Assembly: GCF_033153115.1 (NCBI RefSeq)
Contig: NW_026889792.1
Span: forward strand, 4,030,001-4,094,000
Length of the DNA: 64,000 bases
From: Saccostrea echinata
Lineage: Eukaryota
Reading direction: 5' to 3'
Shown here: in pieces, positions 1 through 14,059 of the stretch
How the letters are laid out: each line of letters starts with the position of its first letter
Position numbering within the stretch: position 1 is the first letter of the stretch
The notes under the pieces: model-generated
Databases searched by the model: none
What the model saw: only the letters and a program-made list of their open reading frames with translations
Told to the model about the DNA's origin: nothing
Position numbers and translations under genes: made by a program

Positions 1-1423
1 ACTGTATATTGAATTTATTAAATAAAAGCAATATAGTATTAACATGATTAAATGATTTACCTATGGTCGTTACCACGGTAACAACAAAGGAAAAAGCGCC
101 AATGAAATCCCACTGTGTATATACCGTCGTGTTACGTAGAGTGTTTAAAGCGAACGTAAATTCTTGGTCCACTTGACGTAGCACGTTGATTAGGTCATCG
201 TGTTTTACACAGGAATGGTTACCTTTGTGGAAAAAAGAGTTATTTCAAATATATCAAGATGGAAGATATATAAATAAAAGATGTAAATTAACAACAAGAA
301 TATATTGTAGTTTTATCTAGACGATGCTATGCATGATTTTTTTTTTTACCTCAACATGCTCAAAGCATAATGCTATCCTATACCGAGTATGTCTAGCTTA
401 ATGAGTAATCAATTAACACTCCCGTTTGAACTTTTAAATTGATTGATATACAATGTTTGGGTGCATTAACATTGTGAATATGTACATTTTGATTTAGATT
501 TTTTTTTAAAGGGGGGGGGGGTTCGAATTTTTTTATGTCTTAGACAATTTATGAAAAAAAAACTAAGCTCAACAGTCACCGGGTGGGCTGAGTGTTAGGG
601 GGAGGGATGGGCTGAGTGTTAGGGGGTGGGAGGAGGTGCCTGCATGTGTTTCAGTTGATGTAGATATATATCCATTGAATACTGGCATTGCAATGGCAAC
701 AATTATATCCCATATTTATTAACAACAAGTAAGTTATTTTCAAATTTGTGCAATATAATACTGGATATCTAAAAGGAATTTTAAAAAAAACATTGATCGA
801 ATTCACAAATAAGCCTTTACAAAACAATATGGGCTTTTACACAAGAGTTGGCGATATGTGGAATATAGATCGGTGGCTCGTAATTTATTTTTTAAAATGA
901 AATCTAAAGAAAGATTACGATTGAAATAAACTTCAAAGAACATTTCTTTTCCCCCTAAAGACACTTGCATCGACGCGAACTTATAGCAATGAAAACGCAA
1001 AATAAAAACAAATTGGTTGTGTGCGTGTTTCTACATATTTTTCATTAGCTTCCACGTGCAACTTAATTCTTATGCCTCGGAACACGTGAGTGTACGATCA
1101 TCCTTGAACTACCTTGTTTTAGATGGACAAGCATTCCAGACAATTTTAGCAAGAATACACCTATTAAGAGTATTGTTCTCCCGGATTTTACCTTAATATT
1201 TTACTTTGTGCGGAATAAAAGAAACCTATTTCTGCTACACATTAGGAGTAAATTCCTCTGAAGGACAATAGTGCGGAATTCTACATGGCAATGGTTTTTC
1301 ACATTGCGTCATTCCACAGATATAGGCTTATTACAGATAATTGAAAGGAATTCTACATATTTAAAAAAGGATGAAAAATATCAAGCTGTTTACAAGATAT
1401 AGTAATGGATATATAGTAATTAC

Positions 1424-1580
1424 CTATGAAGTTTCTAAGGAAGGCTTCTAACTGAAGGCGTCTCTCTATTTCTGGATCGCCCTCGATATGACTGAAGATA
1501 GCGGCTCCCACACACAAATACACCACCACCAAAACTAGCAGAACCACCATTCGCTTCCATCCAGGACCTTCTGACGTCAT
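1424..1580 (-). CDS. Two-pore-domain potassium channel (K2P/KCNK family), first coding exon; rest of gene lies before window start
   Basis: MTSEGPGWKRMVVLLVLVVVYLCVGAAIFSHIEGDPEIERRLQLEAFLRNFI matches the K2P M1 helix signature (YLxxGAxIFxxIE) plus cap helix; exon ends at a GTAATT donor (phase 1). Subfamily not determinable. Confidence 0.85.
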
Positions 1581-2607
1581 CCTCAAAAGTCAAACGGAAA
1601 TTAAAATTTCAAAGATGTAAACTTTTCTTAAGTTACGTCAATTCTTTGTGACATTATTCAAATGTCTCGAAAGGCAGGTGTTCCAAACATTAGTAGTTTT
1701 ATAAGAAGTGTTCCAAACGTTACTAGTTTATAAAGTACATATTTTTGTAAACAATTCTAAGGCATCGAGTCTTATTTTTTTGGAAAATACCACAATATAA
1801 AAAGGTAAATCCAACTAATTGAAAGGTTTCCATTCACTAGGTTACCCTTTTTTCTCCCAGGAATCGGGCAGGAATCGAGATCGTGGAGATTCTATCTCCT
1901 GATGTTGGCAGTGTTTCTTGTTTACGCTAGTCGTGCATATTTTCTGTTTCTGATCGACAGGCCATCTTATTCATCCAGACGTTGTCACCAAAGCCTCTAT
2001 TTATATATCTATCCCATCGCTCCGCTGATGCAGTTGATTTACCGAGTCGCTTTTATTCAATTGCATGAACAATTGTTTTCCTATGACGGCCCTGCGGCAC
2101 TCAATCAAGAGAAATTTTTAAATGGAAATGGTAGAAACACATAAAACTTGTAAGTTAAACTTAAGTATAGAAAGGTGTAGACAAGATGCTTTTTAATTAG
2201 CAAACGTACATTTGAAATTCTCTTTGAGGTTCATTATTGTAAATGCCATCACTCTATTATTTTACGGTATCTAACTACAGATGCCTCATTAAGAATTACG
2301 GGGGGAAAGTAATTAGTATTAGAGTATTCTATTCTCTCCCTCTTTTATTTGGGGGGGGGGTGCATTTGTCTTGTCTCTTGTAACAATTCAAACATTAGCA
2401 GAATAAGCCAAAATGTATTTTAATAAAAATGCATGATCCTTGAATGACTGCAGTATTAAAGTTCTAGTACATATATTTTCATGGTGTACCATTATTAAGA
2501 AGAAAATTTCTATATCACTTATTCATTTTGTAGTTGGTGATTTTTGTAAAGACGAAAATCGATGCAGTTCCCCGTTTAATTGAGGTTTTCTAAATTATAC
2601 ATTAAAA

Positions 2608-2697
2608 GTAGCTGCAGAACTGTAGCTCTCCGAAAAAAATGACAGACTCCTGTCTGTCAATTTTTTTTTTTTCGGAGAGCTACAGTTCTGCAGCTAC
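2608..2697. mobile_element. 90-bp near-perfect palindrome (foldback/MITE-like)
   Basis: gtagctgcagaactgtagctctccgaaaaa...tttttcggagagctacagttctgcagctac with attaaaa on both sides; a single arm recurs at ~43660-43700. Confidence 0.7.
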
Positions 2698-3059
2698 ATT
2701 AAAAGATACTCATACATATGGTTTTGACTGTCACGTGGTCATTTAAAAACTTCTTATATAGCTAAAATCAATTGTGTTCCGAGTTCACCAATATATCGAC
2801 AAAATTAATTACAGTTGTGGCAAGTTAGTTCATTCTCTAACCTGAGATATGTATAAATAAATAATGCACATGATTCTGACATGGTTACTAAAAAAAATTT
2901 CTCAAGAACCACTAAGCAGATTTTCACCAAACTTACGTACACGGATGAGGATATGAAGAGTAAAAAATTGTTCAAGACATTACCCTGGGACAAAGGGCGT
3001 GGTTTCAAGGTCACTTTAAAGTTGACCAAAAAATATGCTTTGATATATTGCTTACTATA

Positions 3060-4275
3060 AGGACTATGATCATCAAATCTTTTCAGTTGATGCATCTTAG
3101 GTACTTTTTTGAATTTTGCATGTATTCATTTTCAATTTGATTTTGATGCATATCTTGGAGACTTTGAAGCCTATGATCATCAAAACTTGTCAGTTTATGC
3201 ATCATGGGGCCTTGACGTGTGCAAAAAAGTGGGTCACCGGGATATGGCTAATCATTTTCGAAACATTTAAGCTCAATTATTTCAAATACTAGAGGCTTAG
3301 AATCATCAAACCTTGTAGGATGATGTATCTTGGGATCTTCAAACACATTTATTAAAAAGAAGGTCACAGTGACCTACTTTTTAAATTTTGCAGGCATTCA
3401 TTTTCAAACTGTTTTAGAGACATATTTTAAACACTTTGAAGGCTATGATCATCAAACCTTGTCAGCTGATGCATCTTAAGACCTCTAAATATTTCAACCA
3501 AAAATGGGTTACCATGACCTACTTTTCGAATTTCATGGCTATATTTAAATATTTCAGATGCCATTTGGAATAGTATCATCAAACTTTGTCAGTTGATGCA
3601 TCTTGGGTCCTCGGAGTGTGTCAACTAAAAAAGTAGGTCACTGTGACCTACTTTTGGAATTTTATGGCTTTATTTAAATATTTCAAATGCTAATTGGCAT
3701 AGAATCGTCGAACTTTGCCAGTTGATGTATCTTTGGTCTTCGGAGTTAGTCAGCTGAAAGGTTGGTCACCATGACCTACTTTTGGTATATGGCTATATTT
3801 AAATATTTTTTCAGATACAAATTGGCTTAGAATCATCAAACTTTGTCAGTTAATGTATTTTGGGTCCTCGGAGTGTATTTACTGAAAAGTAGGTCACCGT
3901 GACTACTTTTGGAATTTTATGGGTATATTTAAATATTTCAGATACTTATTGGCTTAGAATCATCAAACTTTTTCAGTTAAAATATCTTGGGTCTTGGAGT
4001 GTATCAACTGAAAAGTAGGTCATGATGACCTGAGCTTTGGGAATTATATTGTTGTATTTAAATATTTCAAATAAAAATAGGCTTAGAATCAAACTTTGTC
4101 AGTTGATGTATCCTGGATCCTCAGAGTGTGTCAATCAAAAAGTATGTCACGATGACCTACTTTTGGAATTTCAAGGCTTTACCTAAAGATATAGAATAAT
4201 AAGAGGCTTCAAATAGAAGTGATAGGTTGTACAATTCATCAGAAGAGCAATTCAAGGTCCTTGGGACTCTTGTAA
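3060..4275. repeat. Tandem array of ~127-130 bp units, Helentron/HINE-type internal satellite
   Basis: Recurrent catcaaactttgtcagttgatgcatcttggg...gtaggtcac..tgacctacttttggaatt at ~3448, 3577, 3704, 3834, 3961, 4088; family assignment is inference from bivalve repeats. Confidence 0.8.
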
Positions 4276-5358
4276 TTAACAATATATTCAATAGGGATTG
4301 TATGAAAAAGTTTAAATATGCATTAGATCAGGAAACTGTTGCACAATAATTGTCTTTCTTAGCAGAGTGATTCTTGAGATTTTTAAAATACCCCCATTTT
4401 TCACTATTTCTCCACTTTAAAGTAGACTGAGTCCTTCTTTTGAATAAATTTGAATTCACCTAGGGATACTTTCTTGAAAGTTTGTCTTAGTGTTTGAAGA
4501 TTTGAACACTTTACAGACAACATACGAAAGATGACTGACAGGAAGATGCTGAGAAAAAAATAAAAGCATCTTTAAAAAAGATGGAAGTAACCAGCACGCA
4601 CATGAATCTCAGCTTATAATAGACACTTTTCAATGAAAGATAAATTCAGATTTCAGACTACCTTAAGATGTTAAATGTGACCTTATTAAATCTCTAGCAT
4701 ATTTATTTCTATCCAGTATTCAGTCTTCTGGTCAGAGCTTATACATGTAAGGTGCCCTTGTCCCCCCGTCTACATGTTTGTCTGTTCGTCTGTTAACAAT
4801 TTTTTTCAAAACACTACAACATGTATACTTTTGATTCATGCAATTTTTATGAGACTTGGTACACATGCAAGTAGACTTCTTTATAAACTAGTATCATTCT
4901 TTTATTATTTCGACGTACAGCATTGCAATGGTTACTAGAAATAGAAAGAATGTTTCCACTTAAGCATATTGCCGTGGCCCCTTTTTCGGACCCCTCTAAC
5001 ATCATCTAATTAACTCAAATGTTAATTATTTTACACCTAACCCATATTTTGTTATCTGTGTGGTACATTATTTGCAAAAATTTACTTTGAAAACGGCGCT
5101 TTAGTTTTATTAAAGGTAATTAAAAATGCCCGCTAGTGGGTGTTAATTCCGGAATGCTGCGCTTGTCCGAGCTGGGTTTTAATTGTGTCTCATTACTATT
5201 CGGAGTAGGCGGGGCATTAAATCATCGATCGATTGAAAACATGTAAATTTAGCCAGTTATATAATGGCTTCTGGGAACTACTCAGCATATGATAAAAAAA
5301 AAAATACGCAAAAGTAAACACAAAGAACATGTAATGTTTAAACTCCTCGAGGATTAAG

Positions 5359-5362
<4 letters not shown>

Positions 5363-5407
<45 letters not shown>
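5363..5407. repeat. Poly(T) tract
   Basis: Uninterrupted T run of ~45 nt. Confidence 0.95.
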
Positions 5408-5408
<1 letters not shown>

Positions 5409-8029
5409 AAAGAGATCTTGAAGATGTACATGTACTGAGTCCCTCCCTAAATCCAGACTGTTTCCCAATTATTGGTAGGTTATCGTAGATCCTTGAAGTC
5501 ATATAGTAAATAACAAAATCTAGCAGCTTACTTAAAAAAAGAAACAGGTGAATGACATTACTTTTGTTTCGAAAATATTTTTTATTTTAAACAGGGTAAG
5601 TTGCGATCGCAATTTAAGAAACGTAAGTTGCGTATACATGGAAAATCAACACTAAATAAACCAGGTCTACTTGTACATGTAAACACACACACTTCACATT
5701 ATTTTAATGAAAAAATAAACATAATATAAAAGAAAAACAACTTCTTCTGTATTTTTCAAAAAGATTAGAGTCGTATCGAATTTTTAAAATAATACAAAAC
5801 TCTCTCACTCTCCGTAAATATACAGAATAACAAAACAAAACATTTTTTTGCGATGCTGTAGTGATATTTAATCACTAAAACAATTTTATTAATTGTATGT
5901 GTGTTTGTTTGTTTTGTTATGTCATCTTTTTTTGTCCCAGTAAGTTTTCCAGTGTAAAAAAAATCTATACGTAGTTCTACCCCTGTACCTATACATTTAC
6001 AGTCAAAAACATTTTGAGGAATGATGCTATTGCTAAGATGTAGACTATGCCTTGGAAACTCATTGAGCCCCCAAGCGAACCCCTAAATCCAAGGACTAAA
6101 ACTAAAATATCATTACATTTTGCCCGATTTAAAATTCCATAACCCTCATTAGTCAAATATTTTTCATGAATGGTAGCATCATTATTTTTTCTGTCTTCAA
6201 ATGTGGACCTAATACCTTAACAATATTAATATCCATCGGATGCCACTATTATCATTGGTTTCATGGCCGTAGGAATCATACATACCTAAAGAACTCCTTT
6301 GAAAAGTATATATTGAACTCTTTTGAAACCAATATAGCTGTAAGCTTTAATTTAAAGAATATTTTGTTAGAAAAGTAAACGGAATTTAAAAGAAGGATCA
6401 GCCTATTTTAGCCCTCTCCCTACATCAAGGTCAACGTAAATACATAATTGATATAAATAAACAAAGCAAAATTGTAGAAAATGTACCAAAAAGAAGGGGT
6501 GGGGAGAAAAATAAAAATAAAAAATACTAGTAAGCAAAATTACAGAGAAAAATAAGCAAAATTACAACAACAACAACAAAAAATACCGATAAGGAAATTT
6601 TCAAAAATTGTTAAATTTACTCACAAAATAATGAATATTTTAGCAATATTTAGCACTACTAAAAATACTGGGGAGTAAAAAATAATTCGATGTTGATCAA
6701 TTGAAAATGTAACGGTCTGAATTGCTAATCTGAGCTAAAGCGACGTGATTTATTGATTTTTTTAGTATTCACAAAGTTACCCGTGTCTACAAATCACGTG
6801 ATAAATTGGAATATTTAACAGGTCATAACGAGGTAAATGACATGTAAATAACCGTGAATAGTGAAGGAAACGGTCGGTGTTTTGTACCTTTTTTTCAAAA
6901 AGTTTACCCCGAGCGCAGGCTTGCCCAAAATTCTCCTTTAAATATGATGAATTTCCAATATTTATACACCTTCTGTCCAATACAATACGCTCACCATGTA
7001 TTACGGCTTTAAAAATCGGAATAACTTTGAATATCAAAGGAGATTTGTGAATTGCAGTGACCCCTCTTACAAAACACAGCTTCGTTCTTTATTTTTATGG
7101 ACTTTTAATTCCTGTAATTTCGCAAAGTTGCGATTTAGACATAGAAGAATCGCATTATTCATCTCATGGTACTATTTTCTATACTTTATTTTTGCGCAAT
7201 TTACCGGGGGCCACGTTTTGTACACTAAGTGCAATCATTCTTTTCTGTAAAATGCTTTCAAAACGCTAGTCCTCCAACAGCTTTGACTTGATTCAAAAAG
7301 ATTGTGTACACAATTAGACTATATTAAGATATGTAATTCTGTTCACGGGTTTTTGATTTTGACAAAGGGAGTTTCCATGGTTACTACAAATGGAACTTTT
7401 TTGTGAAATTCTTTCAAAACTCTAAATCTCGTGTAGTGTTGGTCTGATTTCATTATAATTAAGCATTGCTACTCAAGATAAATGATTCTATGTACTAGTA
7501 TATTGTTTTTTGATTTCGATCAGCGGTGTTATGTTTGCTTGTTTGGTTTTTTTTTTTTCAATCTTTTATTAAAATAGAAATTTCTGTGAAATTCTTCCAA
7601 AACGCTATTCCTCTTGGTACACTAATAGACTACACGAGATACAGTTTTGTCCGTGGGTTTAGATTTAGATGATGAGTGTTGCATAATTGTTTTATAAAAA
7701 TAGGATTTTGATGGAATTCTTCCTCTCGCCCTTCGTTTTTGGTCTAAATGTAATAAAACTTGGTACACAGGTGATCACAATTCTTGTATACTCGTGTTGC
7801 CATGCTACTAAGTTTCAAGTCCAGGTGACGCTTTCCTCTTTTATTGTAAGTACATATCAGTAGAATTACATTCTCGTTAGAGACTTCTGGTTACACAGTA
7901 TTTGTAAAACAAGTTGAAAGCAAAAGAGCATTTTAATACGAAATATCTAGTGACACCAAGAAATAGATATTTTAAAAATTCTGGATATATCAAAGCAATT
8001 TTGTTTGGTGGGTCAGGTTATACCGTTTC

Positions 8030-8322
8030 TTTATTTGCATTACGTCCCCTCAAGAGTTTTTTATTACTCATATGGGACGCCTGTGATTGTCTGTGGAGAG
8101 TTATAAATTTAGACCTGTACTTGGCACTGTCTAATAGCTAAGTTACATGAGTGAGGGATAATTTTTGTGCCATCATCTACTGCGACAAAGGTCCGCGGTC
8201 GATACAGTCTTATCCTATGGACAGGTCTCTACATCCCGCAGTAGGATTTGAACTTGCAACATTAAGATCAACTCCTTACTTCACGATTGTAGAACAAAAC
8301 ACTCTAACCACTGCACCAAGCG
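8030..8322 (-). mobile_element. Decayed tRNA-derived SINE (same family as 36605-36951)
   Basis: Reverse-strand B-box/A-box-like head (ggatttgaacttgc...ctaaccactgcacc) and body similar to the other SINE copies; boundaries approximate. Confidence 0.6.
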
Positions 8323-8804
8323 GATAAATTCAAGTTGTGGTGTTCACATACACGAAAAATAATCTATATATAGGGTGTTCTGTATATTTGTGGATCGATA
8401 AATGTCTTGCATAACTACATTTTTGGAGTTCAGGTAAGAAATGTTAATAAAATAGCCATTTACTAATAATTTGAGCCGAAATCTGTGCGGGATTGAATCA
8501 CTCCCGCACTTGCACCATTATGGAGATCCTAAGGAGTTGTAGCCCCTCCTCTCCCAAAAGGGGAGAGGACTATATTATTGCAGCTACACGCAGCCCACCA
8601 GGTTTCACTGTCCAGTGCTAATGGAGGCATGGAATCAATATAATCTGCAATCTTTTGCAACACCAAAAAAAAAAAAAAAAATGCAAGGAGATTCATATTT
8701 CATTTATTTATTTTTGAAATCATTTAGACTTTTATACATATTTCATGTTTTAACTTAACACTGGCACTATCTCTTAGTGTCACTGATTATGCTTTAAAAC
8801 AGAA

Positions 8805-9215
8805 TAACAGTCAAACAAAGACATCTCAAACTCAGTAGGACTGATATCACACTTGGAGATATCTGATGTTCAAGATATCAAAGTTAAAACTCAAAGACTT
8901 CTGTATCCATGATTATACTGAATAACAGTCAAACACGGATATCTCAAACTAAGTACATATATAACTGATATCATACGAGATATCTAAGGATTCAAGATAT
9001 CAAAGATAAAACTTTACAATTACTCTTTCAATCTTTACTAAATGACGGTCAAACCTGGATAAACCAAACTCAATAGGGCTGACATCATACTTCGAGATAT
9101 CAAAGGTTTCAAGATACTTAAGTTGAACCTTGCAATACAGTTTGGGTTGTAGACTTATTCTGAAATATCCTTGATATGTAAGATATCTGTGTTTGAATAC
9201 TGAAGTTTAATTGTA
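8805..9215. mobile_element. Cluster of tandem, decayed Tc1/mariner-type MITE ends
   Basis: Three copies of acagtcaaac...atatctcaaactca...gagatatc, similar to the intact MITE at 43285-43459. Confidence 0.55.
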
Positions 9216-10687
9216 GTCATAACACACATTCAAAATGCCTTAATTAAATATTTTTCAATTACATGTACTTTTAAGTATTGCATACAAAACAAAAAATTAA
9301 ATCGAAAGAACACATATAGATGGTACACAACTTACAATATCTTCCTGAAAGTATAGAAGCAGAGATCAGAATGGATTACTTTCAACGTACATCTGTACAT
9401 GCTAAATTTTTGCATACAATTTTTTTTGCAAATTTATCCTTCAAGGTAGCATTTAAAATTTTTGCTGTCCATCAGTCTGCAATATCAAAGTTATAGACGT
9501 GATTATTTTTGCAGTTCATTTTTTGATAATTTGACTGAAACCACAAAATTTTGCAAAAAAGTAGACAATAACAGAAATTAAAATCTCTGTTTATTAAACC
9601 TACTTCCAAAATGATTTAACAAATGAGGTATTTTTAGAGCCTCTTTAAATAAAGGAATGTGTTGTCTACTGTCAAAACTTGATATTTTGAACTCTGCAAG
9701 ATCTCACAGAAGATTTGTGATATCCCAGAGAGCGAGATATTGAAGTTGGAACGTATAAATCTTATCACAATAAGTTTGTATGACTGTGGACTGAGTTCAA
9801 CAAATTCCTGGTAGTGGATAGAACCAAACTTCTGTCCAATACCTCATTCTATTGCTATGATGTTAATTATAAGATTGGAAATTAAGTAATGAGGAATGTT
9901 AAGATTGTTGGCTTAAACATAAATTCAAAAACATGTACACATCTGCAGAAGATGGGGCATCAGTGATATGTTTGAAATATACATAGATTTAAATAAGGCA
10001 AAAAATTCACTTAATAAATGCAATAAGTTATCAGCAACAGTTGGACCTGTAAACAAACAAAAACTTTCATGTATTATTGAATGTGTTGTACAAAATAGAA
10101 GGGGGGGGGGGGGGGGGCTTGGTACAGAATAGCGGGAACAGTATGTGAAAAAGCATGATATATATTATAAATATATATATATTGAGAAAAGCTTCAGTGT
10201 CTGGCTATTTCATATTATATAAGGTTCATATAATATATGGTTCAATAAATGATGAGGATAAAATGTTTTAATAATAAAAATTCAAATTTTCAAGGTAAAT
10301 ACAGTATGATCAGTCCTCAGACAATATTAAGGAATGCCAAAATTGACTTGTTTACTCAATAATACATATTGTAGGTTTAACATATTGCATATGTTCACCT
10401 AACAGTATTAGAAATGTTATACACATCAAAATGTCTACTTCTTTATGGGACATCAATTACCACACATGATATTTATTTTTTATTATGACATAAATAAAAC
10501 CGTTCAATGACATAAAAAAAACATATGCACCATTTGAATGACATAAATATGATATCTTCATTAACATCATCAACAATCATCTATTCAGACATTTACATTT
10601 TCCTTTTTCTTACAATTAATTCTGGGTGTGAAAATGCTTGTAGAAGTTGGTGAAATACACCTTGAGTAAATGATGGTTGATCCCAAA

Positions 10688-11598
10688 GATTACTGTAAAT
10701 GACAGTAAATCCTATATGTTTACTGTAAATGACAGTAAATCCCATAGGTTTACTGTAAATAGTACATCCCATAGGTTACAGTTATCCCATAGGTTGCTGT
10801 AAATGACAGTAAATCCTATAGGTTTACTGTAAATGACAATGCATCCCATAGGTTACTGTAAATGGTAGTACATCCCATAGGTTACAGTAAATACTTGGGT
10901 TTACTGTAAATGACAGTACATCCCATAGGTTAAATGTAAATGGCAGTACATCACATAGATTACTGTAAACAACAATATCCATTGGATTGCTATAAATGAC
11001 AGTATAATCCATAGGTTACTGTAAACAACAATATACATGTATTCATTGAGTTACTGTAAATGACAGTACATCCCATAGGTTACTGTAAACAACAATATAC
11101 ATGTATCTGTTGGGTTGCTGTAAATGACAGTATAATCCACAGGTTATTGTAAACAACAATATACATGTATCCAATGAGTTACTGTAAATGACAGTACATC
11201 CCATAGGTTACTGTAAACAACAATATACATGTATCTGTTGGGTTGCTGTAAATGACAGTATATTCAATAGGTTACTGTAAACAACAATATACATGTATCT
11301 GTTGGGTTACTGTAAATTACAGTATAATCCATAGGTTACTGTAAACAATATGTATAAATGTATCCATTAGGTTGCTGTAAATGACAGTATACTCTATAGG
11401 TTACTGTAAACAATATGTATAAATGTATCCATTAGGTTGCTGTAAATGACAGTATACTCTATAGGTTACTGTAAACAATATGTATAAATGTATCCATTAG
11501 GTTGCTGTAAATGACAGTATAATCCATAGGTTACTGTAAACAACAATATACATGTATCTGTTGGGTTGCTGTAAATGACAGTATAATCCATAGGTTAC
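10688..11598. repeat. Minisatellite (~30-bp unit, ~60-65 bp dimer) in the presumed AFTPH 3' UTR
   Basis: Repeated gttactgtaaatgacagtacatcccatag / gttactgtaaacaacaatatacatgtatc; the array runs into the AFTPH stop codon. Confidence 0.9.
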
Positions 11599-11803
11599 TC
11601 TGCCTGGTGCCTTATTGGGAACATCAATACTTTAGCCTGCATGAAGGACAGATCTGGTAAAGTCTTTATGATCTTGGTGGCCTCGGCACCCAGCTTGTCT
11701 GTCTGTCTGTTTTTCTTCACTGTGCTGACCTTCAGATTAGCAAGGATGTTTTCTAATGGCTGAAGGTTTGGTTTTTGTCCGTGCATCAATTCAGAGTCAA
11801 ACA
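11595..11803 (-). CDS. AFTPH: Aftiphilin, last coding exon (7/7)
   Basis: ...TKIIKTLPDLSFMQAKVLMFPIRHQAE* matches the conserved aftiphilin C-terminus LPDLSFMxAKVLMFP; tttcAG acceptor, phase 1 consistent. Confidence 0.9.
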
Positions 11804-12164
11804 CTGAAACATTGAGGATAAGTTTATAGATATTTAGTAAAAACAAAGTGAAGTAACATTAGATTTTTTATAAATGTCAGATATCCCTGGATCTTTACAA
11901 TGTACCCGGTGTCCTATTTCTGTATTTAATACCTATGTAACTGAATTCACATCAAAATTTTCTTTCTGAAGAAGAATAATATATGTACAGATAAATTACA
12001 AACAAACAAGCACATAGTATACACTGACATTGCATTTAGGTATACAACACGTAGAAAGGGATGTGGAATAGGCCTGGGCCCTGAGTTTACCAAAAGAAAA
12101 ACATGCAAAGGCTATCATAACAATAAGTATCATGCCATAAACTGAATTTTAACCATGTTTATAT

Positions 12165-12311
12165 CAGGGTTGTCCATAAGACCCCCATCTATATTGATGT
12201 AATCCCCCGGTTACTCTGGTATTCCCCCTGATCCCCTGTTAAGGAAGGAACCCTAGACCCCCTTTTCTTTTTTAATGTCCCCTGCTATTTTAATTCTTAG
12301 GGACAACCCTG
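12165..12311. mobile_element. Short MITE with CAGGG termini
   Basis: cagggttgtccataag ... cttagggacaaccctg inverted termini; no clear TSD. Confidence 0.55.
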
Positions 12312-13697
12312 TACATGCACAGTCTTAAACTTATTTCTCCTACCCACCATTTCTATCTCTCTATCTCTTTTACATGTTTAAAGTTTTTTTTTGGTAAAAA
12401 TTTCACATCAGACTTTTTAAACACATCAAACTATACATAATGTTTATCATTTCTGACTTACATACAATTCATGTACCAGTAAACAATCTTAAAGTCATAT
12501 CTCTATAATTAATAAAGCTTCAAGCAAAGAATAAAAAAACCCAAAAATTTAAGTAATTATTCAGTCAAGCATCATAAAATATAAAATGAACTAATTATAC
12601 AGAAAAACTTTGGAATAAGGGCACTTCTAGTAAAATTAAAGAGAGGGTGGGATGTCAACCATTTTATTTTTGTTGTTGTTGTCATTGTTGGGGGTGTCTT
12701 TTTATCAAGAGTGGAGGAAGTTAATTGAATCATTTCTGATTTCTGCATAGTGGGAGGTGGGACTATCCAATGATTTTGTGTCATTGTCCCACAAAGTTAT
12801 TAAAGTATAGAAATAAAATCCTACAAATAGTCAAGAATTACAAATCCAATCAATTTGCATTTTTTTTTGAAAAAAAAAACCAACTTTTATTTGATTGCAA
12901 GAAATGTCTGCGAGTTTCACCACCTTCTTTAGCTCACGAATATTTCTTGTTGCAAACCAATGATTTGCTTGACGTGTATTTATGGTGTTTCATCAGTTGC
13001 GAAAATTAACAGAGGGGGCTGCAAATAATAGTTGGTTTACAGTAATTGCATAATTTAGTGATTTCATTCTTTAGACGAGTGGCAGTCCACCCTTCATGGA
13101 TAATTTTTTAAATGGAATGGCCCTAATCAAATCTGACAACATAAACTACCAAAAAGTTGTAAATTAATTTCCAAAGAAACACCAACACATAATAAACAAT
13201 TACACTGAGCTTACCCCAATCCCACTCTACAGTGCATTAAAAACAGGAAACATTTTAGTTGTGCATAAAGACGTAAGTACATATGGTATGTCTTTAATAT
13301 CAAAATTTAATTTTATTGTATAAAACAGTGAATATAAATGGGATATCATGGAAGGTTGATATGGACTTTTTTTCTATTATTTTAAACCCATGCTGCTAAA
13401 GGTGTGTTCCAAATAACCTATAGATATCCAAATTGTCCACTACGCTCACAAATTAATATTTACTATCTATTCTTAGTAACAAATTGTGGCATTCTACATT
13501 GGCAACCCCCTAAATAAAGAAATCAATTTTTTTTTTTAAATTATGATTGTGTATTACAATGCAAGTGAATGTATGAGTGCGTTGTTAGTAACTGATTAGT
13601 ATTTTTTGTAATATATTAAGATTTATTAGTTCTGATATTGATGAGGCCCGTAGAACGCAGACACAGATTGATCTAATGATACGGAATAAAGTCCTAC

Positions 13698-13769
13698 CTC
13701 CAGATCTGCCTCCAGTCTCTGTCTCCTGAACCACCAGGAAATCCAAGTCCAAGGACTTGCTGCTGTCAC
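13698..13769 (-). CDS. AFTPH: Aftiphilin exon 6/7
   Basis: GDSSKSLDLDFLVVQETETGGRSG contains a clathrin-box-like LDLDF; ttccAG/GTagg boundaries, 72 nt, phase 1-1. Confidence 0.85.
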
Positions 13770-13817
13770 CTGGAATAACAAAAGAGTTTAAGGTGTCTGA
13801 CCCACTTAACCAGATAA

Positions 13818-14059
13818 ATAACACTACCAGCAATCACCAATCTGATTAATATCGGATCTTTGTTACGCTTCGAAATTCTGATGTCGCTGTACAAAGATCG
13901 CCTGTTCAAGAGAGCGAATGTTCGCGAGCGCTCGCCAAAATTCCTCATACCTCCAACAGAAATGTTCGCGAGTGCTCGCACTGTTGAACAGGCCTCAGAT
14001 CTTTGTACAGCAACATCAGAATTTCGGAGCGTAACAAAGATCTGATTTTAATCAGATTG
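13818..14059. mobile_element. Mutator(MULE)-type MITE
   Basis: ~60-bp TIRs (caatctgatta...atctttgttacgct) and a perfect 9-bp TSD agcaatcac at 13809-13817 and 14060-14068. Confidence 0.85.

Noticed and set aside
10688-11598. Repeat/spacer-like array resembling CRISPR
   Set aside because: The intervening sequences are themselves repeats, the context is eukaryotic and there are no cas genes; it is a minisatellite.
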